Shown here in pieces: positions 53,124 through 64,000 of a DNA stretch of 64,000 nucleotides. The position numbers were made by a program, and so were the translations under genes. How positions within the stretch are numbered: position 1 is the stretch's first letter; every line of letters starts with the position of its first letter. The DNA is from Octopus vulgaris. Lineage: Eukaryota. The DNA is taken from positions 58,032,001 through 58,096,000 of the forward strand of contig OX597823.1 of the NCBI GenBank assembly GCA_951406725.2, written 5' to 3'. Under the pieces are notes generated by a model. That model worked only from the letters and a program-made list of their open reading frames with translations. It made no database searches and had not been told where the DNA came from.

Positions 53124-53705
53124 TAAGGCGGCGAGGTGGCAGAAGCGTTAGCACGTCGGGCGAAATGCTCAGCGGTATTTCGTCTGCCGTTACGTTCTGT
53201 GTTCAAATTCCGCCGAGGTCGACTTTGCCTTTCATTCTTTCGGGGTCGATAAATTAAGTACCAGTTACACACTGGGGTCGACATAATCGACTTAATCCGT
53301 TTGTCTGTCCTTGTTTGTCCCCTCTGTGTTTAGCTCCTTGTGGGTAATATAGAAATAGGTATTTCGTCTGCCGTTACGTTCTGTGTTCAAATTCCGCCGA
53401 GGTCGATTTTATCTTTCATTCTTTCGGGGTCGATAAATTAAGTACCAGTTACACACTGGGGTCGACATAATCGACTTAATCCGTTTGTCTGTCCTTGTTT
53501 GTCCCCTCTGTGTTTAGCTCCTTGTGGGTAATAAAGAAATAGGTATTTCGTCTGCCGTTACGTTCTGTGTTCAAATTCCGCCGAGGTCGATTTTATCTTT
53601 CATTCTTTCGGGGTCGATAAATTAAGTACCAGTTACACACTGGGGTCGATGTAATCGACTTAATCCGTTTTGTGTTTAGCCTCTTGTGGGTAGTAAAGAA
53701 ATAGA
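53124..53705 (+). mobile_element. SINE family A with triplicated 184-bp 3' part and 16-bp TSD
   Basis: Units start at 53174, 53358 and 53542; TSD ttggtattggtataat at 53108-53123 and 53706-53721. Confidence 0.95.
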
Positions 53706-55469
53706 TTGGTATTGGTATAATCTAACCAGCAGCTGTATGAGTCACGGGAAGCAAACTGCGTGCATATTCAAAACCTCTCGTATAAGAACATGTAAACCCA
53801 AGTAAACAACGGTGGAAATAAACGTGCAATGAAATACAGGAAAAATAAGAGATCACTCGCTGCCTAATGAGATCGACAAAGATATGAATTAAAAGAAAGT
53901 AGCATAGACATACATTACACATATAAAATGTAACCAGACAAAAATGAACACAAAAAAAAGCAAGCACGAAATCAAAGAGTGTCGAAGACAAGTGATCTTT
54001 GCTAAATCGAAAAGAATTTATTGTTAGGGAAAAGGTAAACAGTTCTTAGAAGAAATACCGTTTGTCGCCAACCTCAAAAGACACACGTAAAGACAAAACA
54101 AAACAATTCAGCTGAAAAACAAAAGCAGTTAATTCTTTTCCAATTACCCCATTATTTATAGTTAGGCACATACGAAAAATAAAAGGAGAGCTTTTTTGCT
54201 ATAATGATATTGTTAAGAGCGTGAATTCAATCAATCGTACATAACTTATTAATGTATATAACTGATTATGATTAGTCAGGCAGAAAATAAAACAAACTTT
54301 CAGCTGTTTATATACGAAAACATGTTTTTTGTGGTTACTATATTTTATGAAATCAAAATGGATTATTTGGTGCTCATGTCTTTCCCGAAGCGACTACCAG
54401 GCTCAGATGAAACCCGAAATAAAATACCTCTGTATCTGGGCCAGTGGTGCTACAGAATATGCAAACATCCTAGACCTTACAAAAAAGCTACCTGATTTTT
54501 TGGAATATTTAATAGAAATCTCTTGCCAAGCACTCCTGCAGTATATATCACACGTGTACTGTGTCCTCACTCTGCTTTTGCTCTGATTTCTGCTGTAGCT
54601 TCTTCCCTTCGGAATTATCGTAACATTTCCACCCAAGCACTCTTTTTTCTCTACATCGTGTCCTGGCCACCTCCTCTTATGCTCTCTTTTAAACATTCGC
54701 TCACGTCTTCCTTCCCAGAATATCAACTTCTCGAAGATCGTTCCCTCAGCTATTTGCAAAAATCATAATAGTGTCAATTTCACTGGGATATGTATATGTG
54801 CGTTTGTGTGCGTCTGTACATGTATACACTACGGGTATCAGTAAAATTTACGCCTCAAAAATTCTTACAAAATTATTAGATAATTTCAAGCTATAGTAAA
54901 ATACATTTGCGAAAGAAGCAAGATAGCGCACCGTGGAATTGAACCCCAAACCCCATGATTGTGAAGCGATTGTGAACTTCTGAACCATGCCTGAATTTTC
55001 TCTACGTTCACTCTGCTGAGTCCGTTATATAATACATTACGCCGGCAATTGGTTTCAAGACAAGCGACTTAACTCTGAAAACAGCGTAAGACGAGAAAAC
55101 ATTAAAAAAAAATTATTTCCTTATATTTGCTTTAATTAATAGTTTCTACTTGTTTTCATGTATATTCATTTCATTTTCCACTTCAGTATTGGTTTTTAGG
55201 TGTTCCTTTGTTAATTCTTAATCTGTTCGTTAAGACCGATGTAAGTCGATAAATAATCGATTAAATTTGTCCATTTTCTTCCCGTTCAATTCTTGAAAAA
55301 TATAATAATGTAAATTCTAAAAAGGTGTCACTCGATATGACGTAAATTGAGGTACGCTTCCGTTAAAATTTATTTTGACTAAGTATTCCTATCGTGCAAT
55401 TTAGCTGTGAGATTGGTGGTGGTGGTGGTGGGAATTACCTCAAGTGTACTTTTCCAATACACATAAGGG

Positions 55470-55803
55470 AACAAATTCCATTGCTTCAACCGAGTATCGA
55501 CATCTCGACACAGTTTCTGTAAGCTGGTAGCTTATATTTTGCTCAACAGTATACTGTGCAATCTCCTAAGTGTCATAAAGCATTTTACAGTACCAGTTTC
55601 TTCCCTTGTACCTCTGAACTTTTGAACTTTGGAATTCATTTCCACAGTCTTCCACAGTTTTCTTCTTCAATATGACCTCCAGTCGTTTAAGTCTAATGTA
55701 CACCGTCACCTATTGACTTCTGTATAGCGTCTATTTTATTCTAGTAGCTCTTACGTTTTTAGTGGTCTAAGGACCTTGTAACGAGCGAATACTTAAAAAT
55801 AAA
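55470..55803 (+). mobile_element. CR1/L2-group LINE 3' end fragment
   Basis: YTVQSPKCHKAFYSTSFFPCTSEL..WNSFP..YDLQSFKSNVHRHL, then a short 3' UTR and A-rich end. Confidence 0.78.
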
Positions 55804-55914
55804 GCTGTACTCAACATACTAAAATTATCGGTTAAATCTCTTCCAAAATGTTAAATTATACTTCATAATGAGTCGTTGAATATCTCTATAAAAGATCTTG
55901 CTCAAAGTCCAACC

Positions 55915-56290
55915 CTTGACCTTATCGTGGTTGGAAGTTTAAACGAGTGAATGTCAGAGGTATGCCGTCGAGGACTTCGAGTTTCTGGTAGGGCCACCCA
56001 AGATGGACATACCTGATAACGGCGGTGTTAAGGCTGCAATATGGCGAACTGGAGGGTAATGGTGAATTCTATGCGGCGTCTGTTCCGGAATTCAGCGACT
56101 TCCTGGTGGCGTTGGATGGCTTCTGTGGGCATCCGGCGGCAAGAAGGCGTAACACGAGGACGACCTGCCACCGATCTTGTATGAGACGGGAACTGTTTTC
56201 GCGGACTCTGATCACCCCTTGAAATTCCCATCACGCGGCGAAGTCAATAGGAGCAGGCTTAACCACTCCTGGGTGAATGCCGTTAACAAG
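55915..56290 (+). mobile_element. RTE (BovB-like) LINE 5' UTR fragment
   Basis: ccttatcgtgg..gtatgccg..gtagggccacccaagatggac resembles the recalled RTE/BovB 5' motif gccttgtcgtgg..atgccg..agggccacccaagacggac; GC-rich. Confidence 0.6.
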
Positions 56291-58194
56291 ACAAAAAAAG
56301 AAGATACATGATAAATAAATACATAGAAAGTCTAGCAGTTTCAACGGTGGTCGAACTATGTAGCCTATGTGACCTCGCCACAGAGAAACAAATGCTCCAC
56401 ATGCAAAGAACGTGAAGTACGGTGTCACGTCTAGTACTTCAATCTACCCGCCACGTGGCATTAGTCTGCTTGTTCAGAACTGAGCTGGAACTACAAAAAA
56501 ATAAAATAAAATAAAATACACAACAGTGATATTAATTAAAATGGAACACACAACCTTTCGAACAGCTATATTTCAACAAGAGTAGCAGAAATGTTTGAAT
56601 TTGCTTAAATCACTACTAATTTAGCCATTGGTTTGTTCTCCTTTAAATACGTGATTGAAAATATTAAACAATCAGAGAACTTTCAAAGTTAGTTATCCAA
56701 CGTAAAGGAATCTAAATGCAATGTAAATGCAACACAACTGTAATAGAACAGACGTTTATTTAATGATTCCTAATTTCTCTCTATTCCTTCTATTCATTCA
56801 CACTCTGCCCATATAGCTTTAAGCCAACTCACACTAGCAAACTTGTCTAATTCGCTAATTGCCTCTCGTTTTCGCATCGATATTGATTCAGTTTCGAGGG
56901 TATATATCGAATGATCAAACAATAAGTTCTCGATAAACGTCTGTATCTTGTTAGTCTTTCCACAAAGAAATAATGGTTTTGTTGCGGTCGTTGTTCGAGG
57001 AAATGTTCTGGTGGAATTGGCATTGGAATAAACCAATATGATTAAGACCGGGGGGCATTTTTCTCTCTCCTCAAATATATAACAATGGCACTAAAGGAAA
57101 CTTTAGCATTATCTACAATATCTGTTATCAAGCCAAATAAATGCTGTAACTTGCAAAATTCTATGGATAATCTGATTTCTATGTCCTAAACCTCACGCAA
57201 TGTATTCGCAAACCTTTACAATTCTTACATTCTTAGAAAGAGTTAACTATTAGAAAGCACTTTATGATATTTCAAATATTGTTTACTACCACTATTGCTG
57301 GTGTTGTCGTTGTTATTGTTATTTTTATTAGTGTTTAGCCTCTAGACGGTTCTGATCGAGTAGATCTATTATCAAAGTCTATCAATACATGACCAACCCG
57401 AGATTATTAGATGATGTAAATAAGGTTTGAAAGATATTAGACTGCAACTCCTAGAAAGCAAGTAACAATGTAGATAATCCCTCGGCTGGCTCAAATATGT
57501 ATTTGATTTTCATATTAGCACAAAGTCAGAAACTTATAGAAAACAGTATGGGTGACTGAATATTACCTTGTAAATAACATCTATTAATTTTCCCTCCACG
57601 AGTTAGAGCTAAAGTCGATCGGTTAAAGAAAGAAACCAAACACTAAAAGGTATATAATCAGGTACCCGTCTATGTTTGCTTCTCCACTTCTCAACGTCCT
57701 TTAATTCAAATACTGAAATATATATTTCTAAGTGTACTTACCAGGCAAATGGCTCAATCTGAGACCATGCATTGAAGCAAAAATGATTATAGAGTGGAAG
57801 ATACATATTAGTCATTCAAAAACACTCAAAGACTTTTAACTTCCCTTACACATATTTTATTAAGTGTCAAAATTTTCGTCACACGAACGGCGACCTGGTC
57901 ACTGACATGATTCTACTGCATCTTTATTTCAAACTTTTTTCACATTCAGTAGCTCCAGAATTTGTCTTACGTTAAAATACTTCCTACCACATTCGCATTT
58001 TCGATCATACTGGTGTTATGCCAGTGTAAGGAAATTATCATTTTCCTTCGTTTAGGACTAAACTTGGAAAATAATAAGAATATAAAAAAAAATAATTGCT
58101 ATACATCCCACCGTCACAAACAAAACGGAACCCCAAAATCTGCCGTTATTCCCTGCGTAAGAGGATGTGTTTGCGACAAGACTGTCTTTTCACT

Positions 58195-58995
58195 CACCTC
58201 CCAGAGTACTGCGCTGGGTCCAATTCATTTTATTGTCTACATCAATGACAGTGCAAATTCCAGTGAACATAGCCCCATAAAAATATTTGCAGATGGCTCT
58301 AAGCTCCAGGAAGTCATTAAGGGAGCATATGATCGAACAATGCTTCAATAGCACTTATGCGCAGTAACTCCGTAGGCACAAAAAAAAACAATATGGAGTT
58401 AAACGAAGAAAATTTTAGCTCATCCACTTTGGAAGAGAAGCACACTCAAACAACCGTACACACTACCGTCGGGAGACCTACTTGAACCGTAGCATAATAT
58501 CAGAGACTTAGGTGTAACTGTCGACAGCAACCATAGTTGGAGTGTGCACATCAACAAAATGTCGATGTTGCCCGCAGAATGTGCTCATGGATCCTTAGAA
58601 CTTTCTAACGTATGGATCGTGAAACCATCATCCTACTCCTCTCTACATTCACTAGGCCTCCACCTCGAATACTGCTGCCCATTGAGGACTCCTACAAAAA
58701 AACAAGACATAATGAGGATCAAAGCGTCACAAAGATCAATCACAAAAACAAAATAATAAATGGCATGATGGGATTTGATTATTGGTCTCGACTTTAACAG
58801 CTGAAACTTCATTCTCTGCAACGCCACCGTGAGCGATACATTATTTGCACCATGTGGAAAATGTTCCACCAATATTATCCAAATCATATTGGCATTACGT
58901 TTACAATTTACCCATGACTAGGCCCACCTGCAATGCGTCCCCTACAAAGGTCGAAATCACATCACAAGAACATTGCGACACAATTTCTCCACTGC
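58195..58995 (+). mobile_element. Decayed CR1-type LINE RT 3' fragment
   Basis: QSTALGPIHFIVYIND..KIFADGSKL..RDLGVTVD..PHLEYCCP..LKLHSLQRHRERYIIC. Confidence 0.9.
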
Positions 58996-59115
58996 AATTG
59001 TATTTTTAAAAAGGTGTCACTGAGAAAGCAGTGGCGGGTAAAACTGGTTTCTGCAGTTAACGGTAATAATAATTTTAGCCGATATATCTCATTGCTGCAC
59101 AACTGTATTATAGGG

Positions 59116-59301
59116 CAGTGCTCCGCAACCGGTATATCGCGGAACACTTATGTGAAACGAAACGATGCTGGTTGTGCTGCAGTATTACCTGAATATAATT
59201 TTTCCTTTACACTTTTAGGTGAACTTTTAGTTCAGGCGTGACGCCGAATTTTCAAAAGAATATAAGTGTACCACAAGTAAAAAAAAGTTTCGGGAGCACT
59301 G
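59116..59301. mobile_element. hAT (Charlie-like) MITE
   Basis: TIRs cagtgctccgcaac / gtttcgggagcactg, with an A-run before the right TIR; flanking 8-mers match at 5/8. Confidence 0.6.
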
Positions 59302-60094
59302 TAAAAGGAAACAGTGGGCGTAACCGTGAGGGTGAAATGTTTGCAGCTATATGACTCCACGTTCAAATTCTATCCGCAGTACATGGAACAAGAAACTCCT
59401 ACTATAGCTTTGAGTTAAACAAAAACGTGGATGTAATATTTAAATAGGTGGTTGGAGATTGTATAGAATCTCGTTAAATAGAATATTATTGTTCTTGAGT
59501 TTAGACTCGTTTAAATATTATCAACTGGCCTACGCCTGCATTTAATAGATTAAATTCTGTTGTTGCAACCATTCGACACTGGTCTTCTGGTTTTCTTACA
59601 CCAATTTCAGAAGATGTAGAAAGCTTATTCGGTGCTACACTTCCTACAGTGGCCCCTTACAGAATATAGTGTTTCTTTATATTACAGTCACTAAATTCAT
59701 CTATCTAAAGCATTCATTTATTGTAACAGATGTAACCCAGGCGAAAATTAGCTGCGTTTACCACGGACACTACAGTACTAAGAGCGACCGTTGGTCTTGC
59801 ATATGTTAATACTAACTGACTAGTAATATAAAACACTGATTATTATGACCGCAAAACCCACTGAGATATCAACGAGACGTGAAGATACGAGTATTTGAAA
59901 CTACAAGTTTATATTTACAATAAGGGAAACACATACACGTGATTGCAGTCACGTACTATAGGTTCAAGAGAGAGTAATTTTGAACGTTTGGAAACAAATA
60001 ACTTCAAAGAGTAATTTTGTTTGGTGAAACAATAACAAAGGTGACAAAAATATATAGGCAAAGTCACAAGGAGAGACAATAAATTGGTTAAGCC

Positions 60095-60160
60095 ATATAT
60101 ATATATGAACTATGTGTGTGGATGTTTATATATGTATGTGTATATGTATATATGTATGTG

Positions 60161-60238
<78 letters not shown>

Positions 60239-60500
60239 TATATGAATATATATAAATACATACGTATATGTATGTATATATGCATTATAATATATGTATT
60301 ATATATACATATAATTATAGATATTATATATATGATTAGATATATATAAACTAATTATATGTATATATAAATATATATGTATACATATATCTATAATTTA
60401 TTGTATAAACATTGCTGTATGTATATATATATATATGTGTGTGTGTGTATGTGTGTGTGTGTGTTTGTGTGTGTGGGTGTGTATACGTACACGCCTAACT
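60095..60500. repeat. (TA)n/(TG)n microsatellite field
   Basis: Direct. Confidence 0.9.
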
Positions 60501-60927
60501 ACATACATAAATACAGAAAGTCAAGAATAATATTGCCACTACAGAGAAGTAGCAGAGAATATCTTAAAAATAAAAGAAAAAAAACAACAACGTTGTTTTA
60601 ATACTACAGGTTATTCCATCAACAAAACAACGTGGTAGAAAAATTAATTCTTGAGTGGAAACTATAAACTGTAGTCATCTCCAAAAAATTAACATCAAAG
60701 CAAAACAAGAGTATGTTGGACACAATTACAACGATACATATAAAAAACACATAAAATACACCTAGGACGTTTATCAGGAATAAAACTAAATTTATTATCA
60801 CTCGGGTCAGCAAGGCACAAAGGGAGTCCGATTGTAAAGCTTGACAATAATCAAATGAATCTTTATATCAATTTTTGTATTTATTTTTTCACTGTCCAGC
60901 TAATTAGCAATAACATAGTCGCGTATG

Positions 60928-60992
<65 letters not shown>

Positions 60993-61343
60993 TGTTGGGA
61001 TTGATTTATATACAGTTTAAATAGCTACTAAATATTCAGAGGAAACGGAGTTGGGAAGAAGAGCGATTGATGTAAATTCGATGAGTTTTATAAATAAATA
61101 GTTGGATAATAACTGGATGAAAACGAATCTAGGATATCAAAACTAAAAACAATGCCGCCCCGCTAAATAAACAAAACGACAACAACAACAACAATAATGA
61201 TAATAGCAACAACGGAATAAATAAAGGAAGGAAACAAGACAAACACAAACAATGCAAGCACAAATAATATGAAATATCTAAAGTCATGTCCGTCATCACT
61301 CATAAAAACCAAATGAAGGAACAGTATTTAATTATACAATATA

Positions 61344-61382
<39 letters not shown>

Positions 61383-61699
61383 GTATGTATGTGTGTGTGT
61401 AGTTGTTCTGTATCTATGTATATATATGTCTATGTACGTACGTATATAAAACGAAATAATAGCAAAAAGTACACAAGCCAGGAGAAAAAACACACAACAT
61501 GTTATACGAATAGTTAAAAAGAGAGAAGAAAAGAAGAACAAAACAGAAACGAACAAATTATCGGATGGATTAGGAAGAGCTGAAGACCCTAAGTAAAAAC
61601 AAAACATAAATAAATGGAAGAAAAGATATAAAAATAAATAATTCCTCATCATGAGAAATCAAAAGCTAAACTTAACGGACGCCGAAAACTTTAGCACAT

Positions 61700-61709
61700 T
61701 GCACATATA

Positions 61710-61760
<51 letters not shown>

Positions 61761-62308
61761 GCGTGTGTGCGTATGTGTGTATGTGCATTTATGTGTGTAT
61801 ATGCGTATGTGTGTGTATATATATATATATGAATATATATGTGCATATGTATATATATATATGTATATATGTATATCTATATGTGTATATGTATATATAT
61901 GTACATATATATATATATGGATGTATATATATGTATATATATATGTATGTATGCGTATATAAATGTATATGCATATGTATGTATACATATGTATATGTAT
62001 ACATATATATGTATAAGTAAATATATGTATATATGTATATATATGTATATATGTATATATATGTATATATGTATATATATATGTATATATATGTACCTAT
62101 ATATGTAAATATGAATGTATATATGTATGTATATATATGTATATATATATATATATATGTACATATATATGTATATATATATATATATGTACATATATAT
62201 GTATATATACATATGTATGTGTATATATATGTGTAAATATGTGTAAATATATATATGTATACATATATTTATATATAGATATATAGATATATATATCTAC
62301 GTATATGC

Positions 62309-62340
<32 letters not shown>

Positions 62341-62407
62341 GTATATGTATATGTATATATATATATGTGAATATCTATATATATGTATATGTATATATAT
62401 GCATATA

Positions 62408-62439
<32 letters not shown>

Positions 62440-62561
62440 CGTATATATATGTGTATATATATATGTATATTTATATATATATGTATATATATGTATATAT
62501 ATATATGTGTGTATATATATGTATATATATGCGTATATACATGTATATGTATGCATTTATG

Positions 62562-62592
<31 letters not shown>

Positions 62593-62800
62593 GATCAGAT
62601 ATATATGTGTAATATATATAATTATAAGCATAATCAAATCTTTTTGCATCTTTGGAAGGTGATGATGTATATACTCTTTGACATATATATATATATATAT
62701 ACATTGATGTATATATAGATATTTAGATAGATACTTACCCACACAGTTACACACGCACACGTACACACACGCACACACACAGACACACACACAAATATAT
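61700..62800. repeat. ~1.1-kb degenerate (TA)n/(TATATG)n tract
   Basis: Direct. Confidence 0.95.
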
Positions 62801-63134
62801 ATAAGTGATGATTATTTATCTATATGTGTGTGTGTATTAGTATTTATATATATTTGAATTATGGAATTAATAACTAGACAAATACAGAATTATTGTTGGT
62901 GATGAAAATGTACTGAAAACACGCGGCGAAAGTAACAAAAATATTTATTAAAAGTGTTTATTCTGTTTGCGACATAAAATATGATATATAAAACAATGGT
63001 TTTCACAAGGAAGATTCAGACGGGGTACAAATATCTATGACATCAATGATAAAAAATTACGAATCTAACAAAGCATTAACACCCACGCACACATATATGT
63101 TGTGTTGATATATATATATACTTATATATATATA

Positions 63135-63167
<33 letters not shown>

Positions 63168-63566
63168 TTCACAAAAAACTAACTATGTTGTGTTGTAATA
63201 TACCCACCGGCAATTCGCTTACTTAGATAAACTAACGCTAACCATTAATGTGTTTCATGTTCCACTTCTGCCGTCACTTGAACGCGTCCTGACCAGGCTT
63301 AAAATGTCGCCTACATGTTTTGAGCGCATTGCGCAGCTTTTCAAACAAACGTGTTTTATCATATCGCCTGGTCGATCCATGCACTGTATGTTAGATTGTT
63401 TAGACACAATGAATATGAAGTCAGTCGCATGGATTTAATTGCTTTTTTTTATGACAGACGATATAGCTTCTGATTTCAAACCGTAAGTTACACGTTAGGT
63501 GCTTTTTCCAAGTCCTGTGCGTAGAATTTTCGTACAAGGTATGATCTGAGAGCATCTAGAAACTTG

Positions 63567-63878
63567 AGCGCGCGTAGCTTGGTGGTGAAGGTGTTCGGCT
63601 CACGATCGTAAGATTGTGAGATTGATTCCTCGTGACGTGTTGTGTCCTTGAGCAAGTTGCTTTATTTCATGTTGCACCTGTCTCCTAACCTGAGAAAAAT
63701 GAGTTAAACCTGTAATTCAAAGGCCCAGAGTTGTCTCATTCTAAGTCCCCTCAGAACTACGTTAGGGTTACGCATGTCTGCGGAGTGCTCAGCCACTTGC
63801 ACGTTAACTTCACGAGCAGGATGTATCGTTGATTGGATCAACCGGAACACCCGTCGTCGTAACCGACGGAGTGCCAGT
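63567..63878 (+). mobile_element. SINE family C
   Basis: gcgcgtagcttggtggtgaaggtgttcggctcacgatcgtaag..ccttgagcaag..cgtcgtcgtaaccgacggagtgcca. Confidence 0.88.
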
Positions 63879-64000
63879 TAACTTTTAGGCGCATGCTCTT
63901 CCCACTTCAGCAACATGAGAATCGTTGTTGATCTTCGCTTTTCGTTCCCCACATATGTTTCATATACACTGCCCTCCAAAAGTGATGTTGTTCTAACTAC

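Noticed and set aside
54822-55397. Possible CAC..GTG-ended MITE
   Set aside because: Terminal similarity weak and no TSD seen
56794-57036. Possible pogo/Tigger DDE remnant (KPLFLCGK..WLKAIWAE)
   Set aside because: Motif spacing far too short; similarity may be chance

Overview
Eukaryotic, AT-rich, microsatellite-saturated non-coding DNA (intronic or intergenic). The tRNA-derived SINE families and repeat landscape look like a coleoid cephalopod, most likely Octopus; this is inferred from recalled repeat consensus, not a database search. No intact protein-coding gene is evident, and nearly all ORFs in the track are translated (TA)n/(CA)n/trinucleotide repeats. The window holds about 30 SINE copies from at least 5 modular families (labelled A-E here), several with clean target-site duplications (TSDs). 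It also holds decayed LINE fragments (CR1-type, R4/Dong, RTE), two inverted Penelope-like (Naiad-type, 'ADKT' motif) fragments, an internally deleted mariner, pogo/Tigger and hAT MITEs, and a tRNA-Ser pseudogene. The most interesting signal is a set of short elements, mostly TA-microsatellite-embedded, that carry minimal type-I hammerhead ribozyme motifs: one fully canonical (3737-3775, minus) and several with family-specific core variants, plus related long palindromes. Other highlights are a TSD-flanked SINE with a triplicated 184-bp 3' half, a 52-bp hairpin with strand-biased G-U pairs, and a phase-compatible chain of weak candidate exons on the + strand. Many repeat boundaries are approximate.
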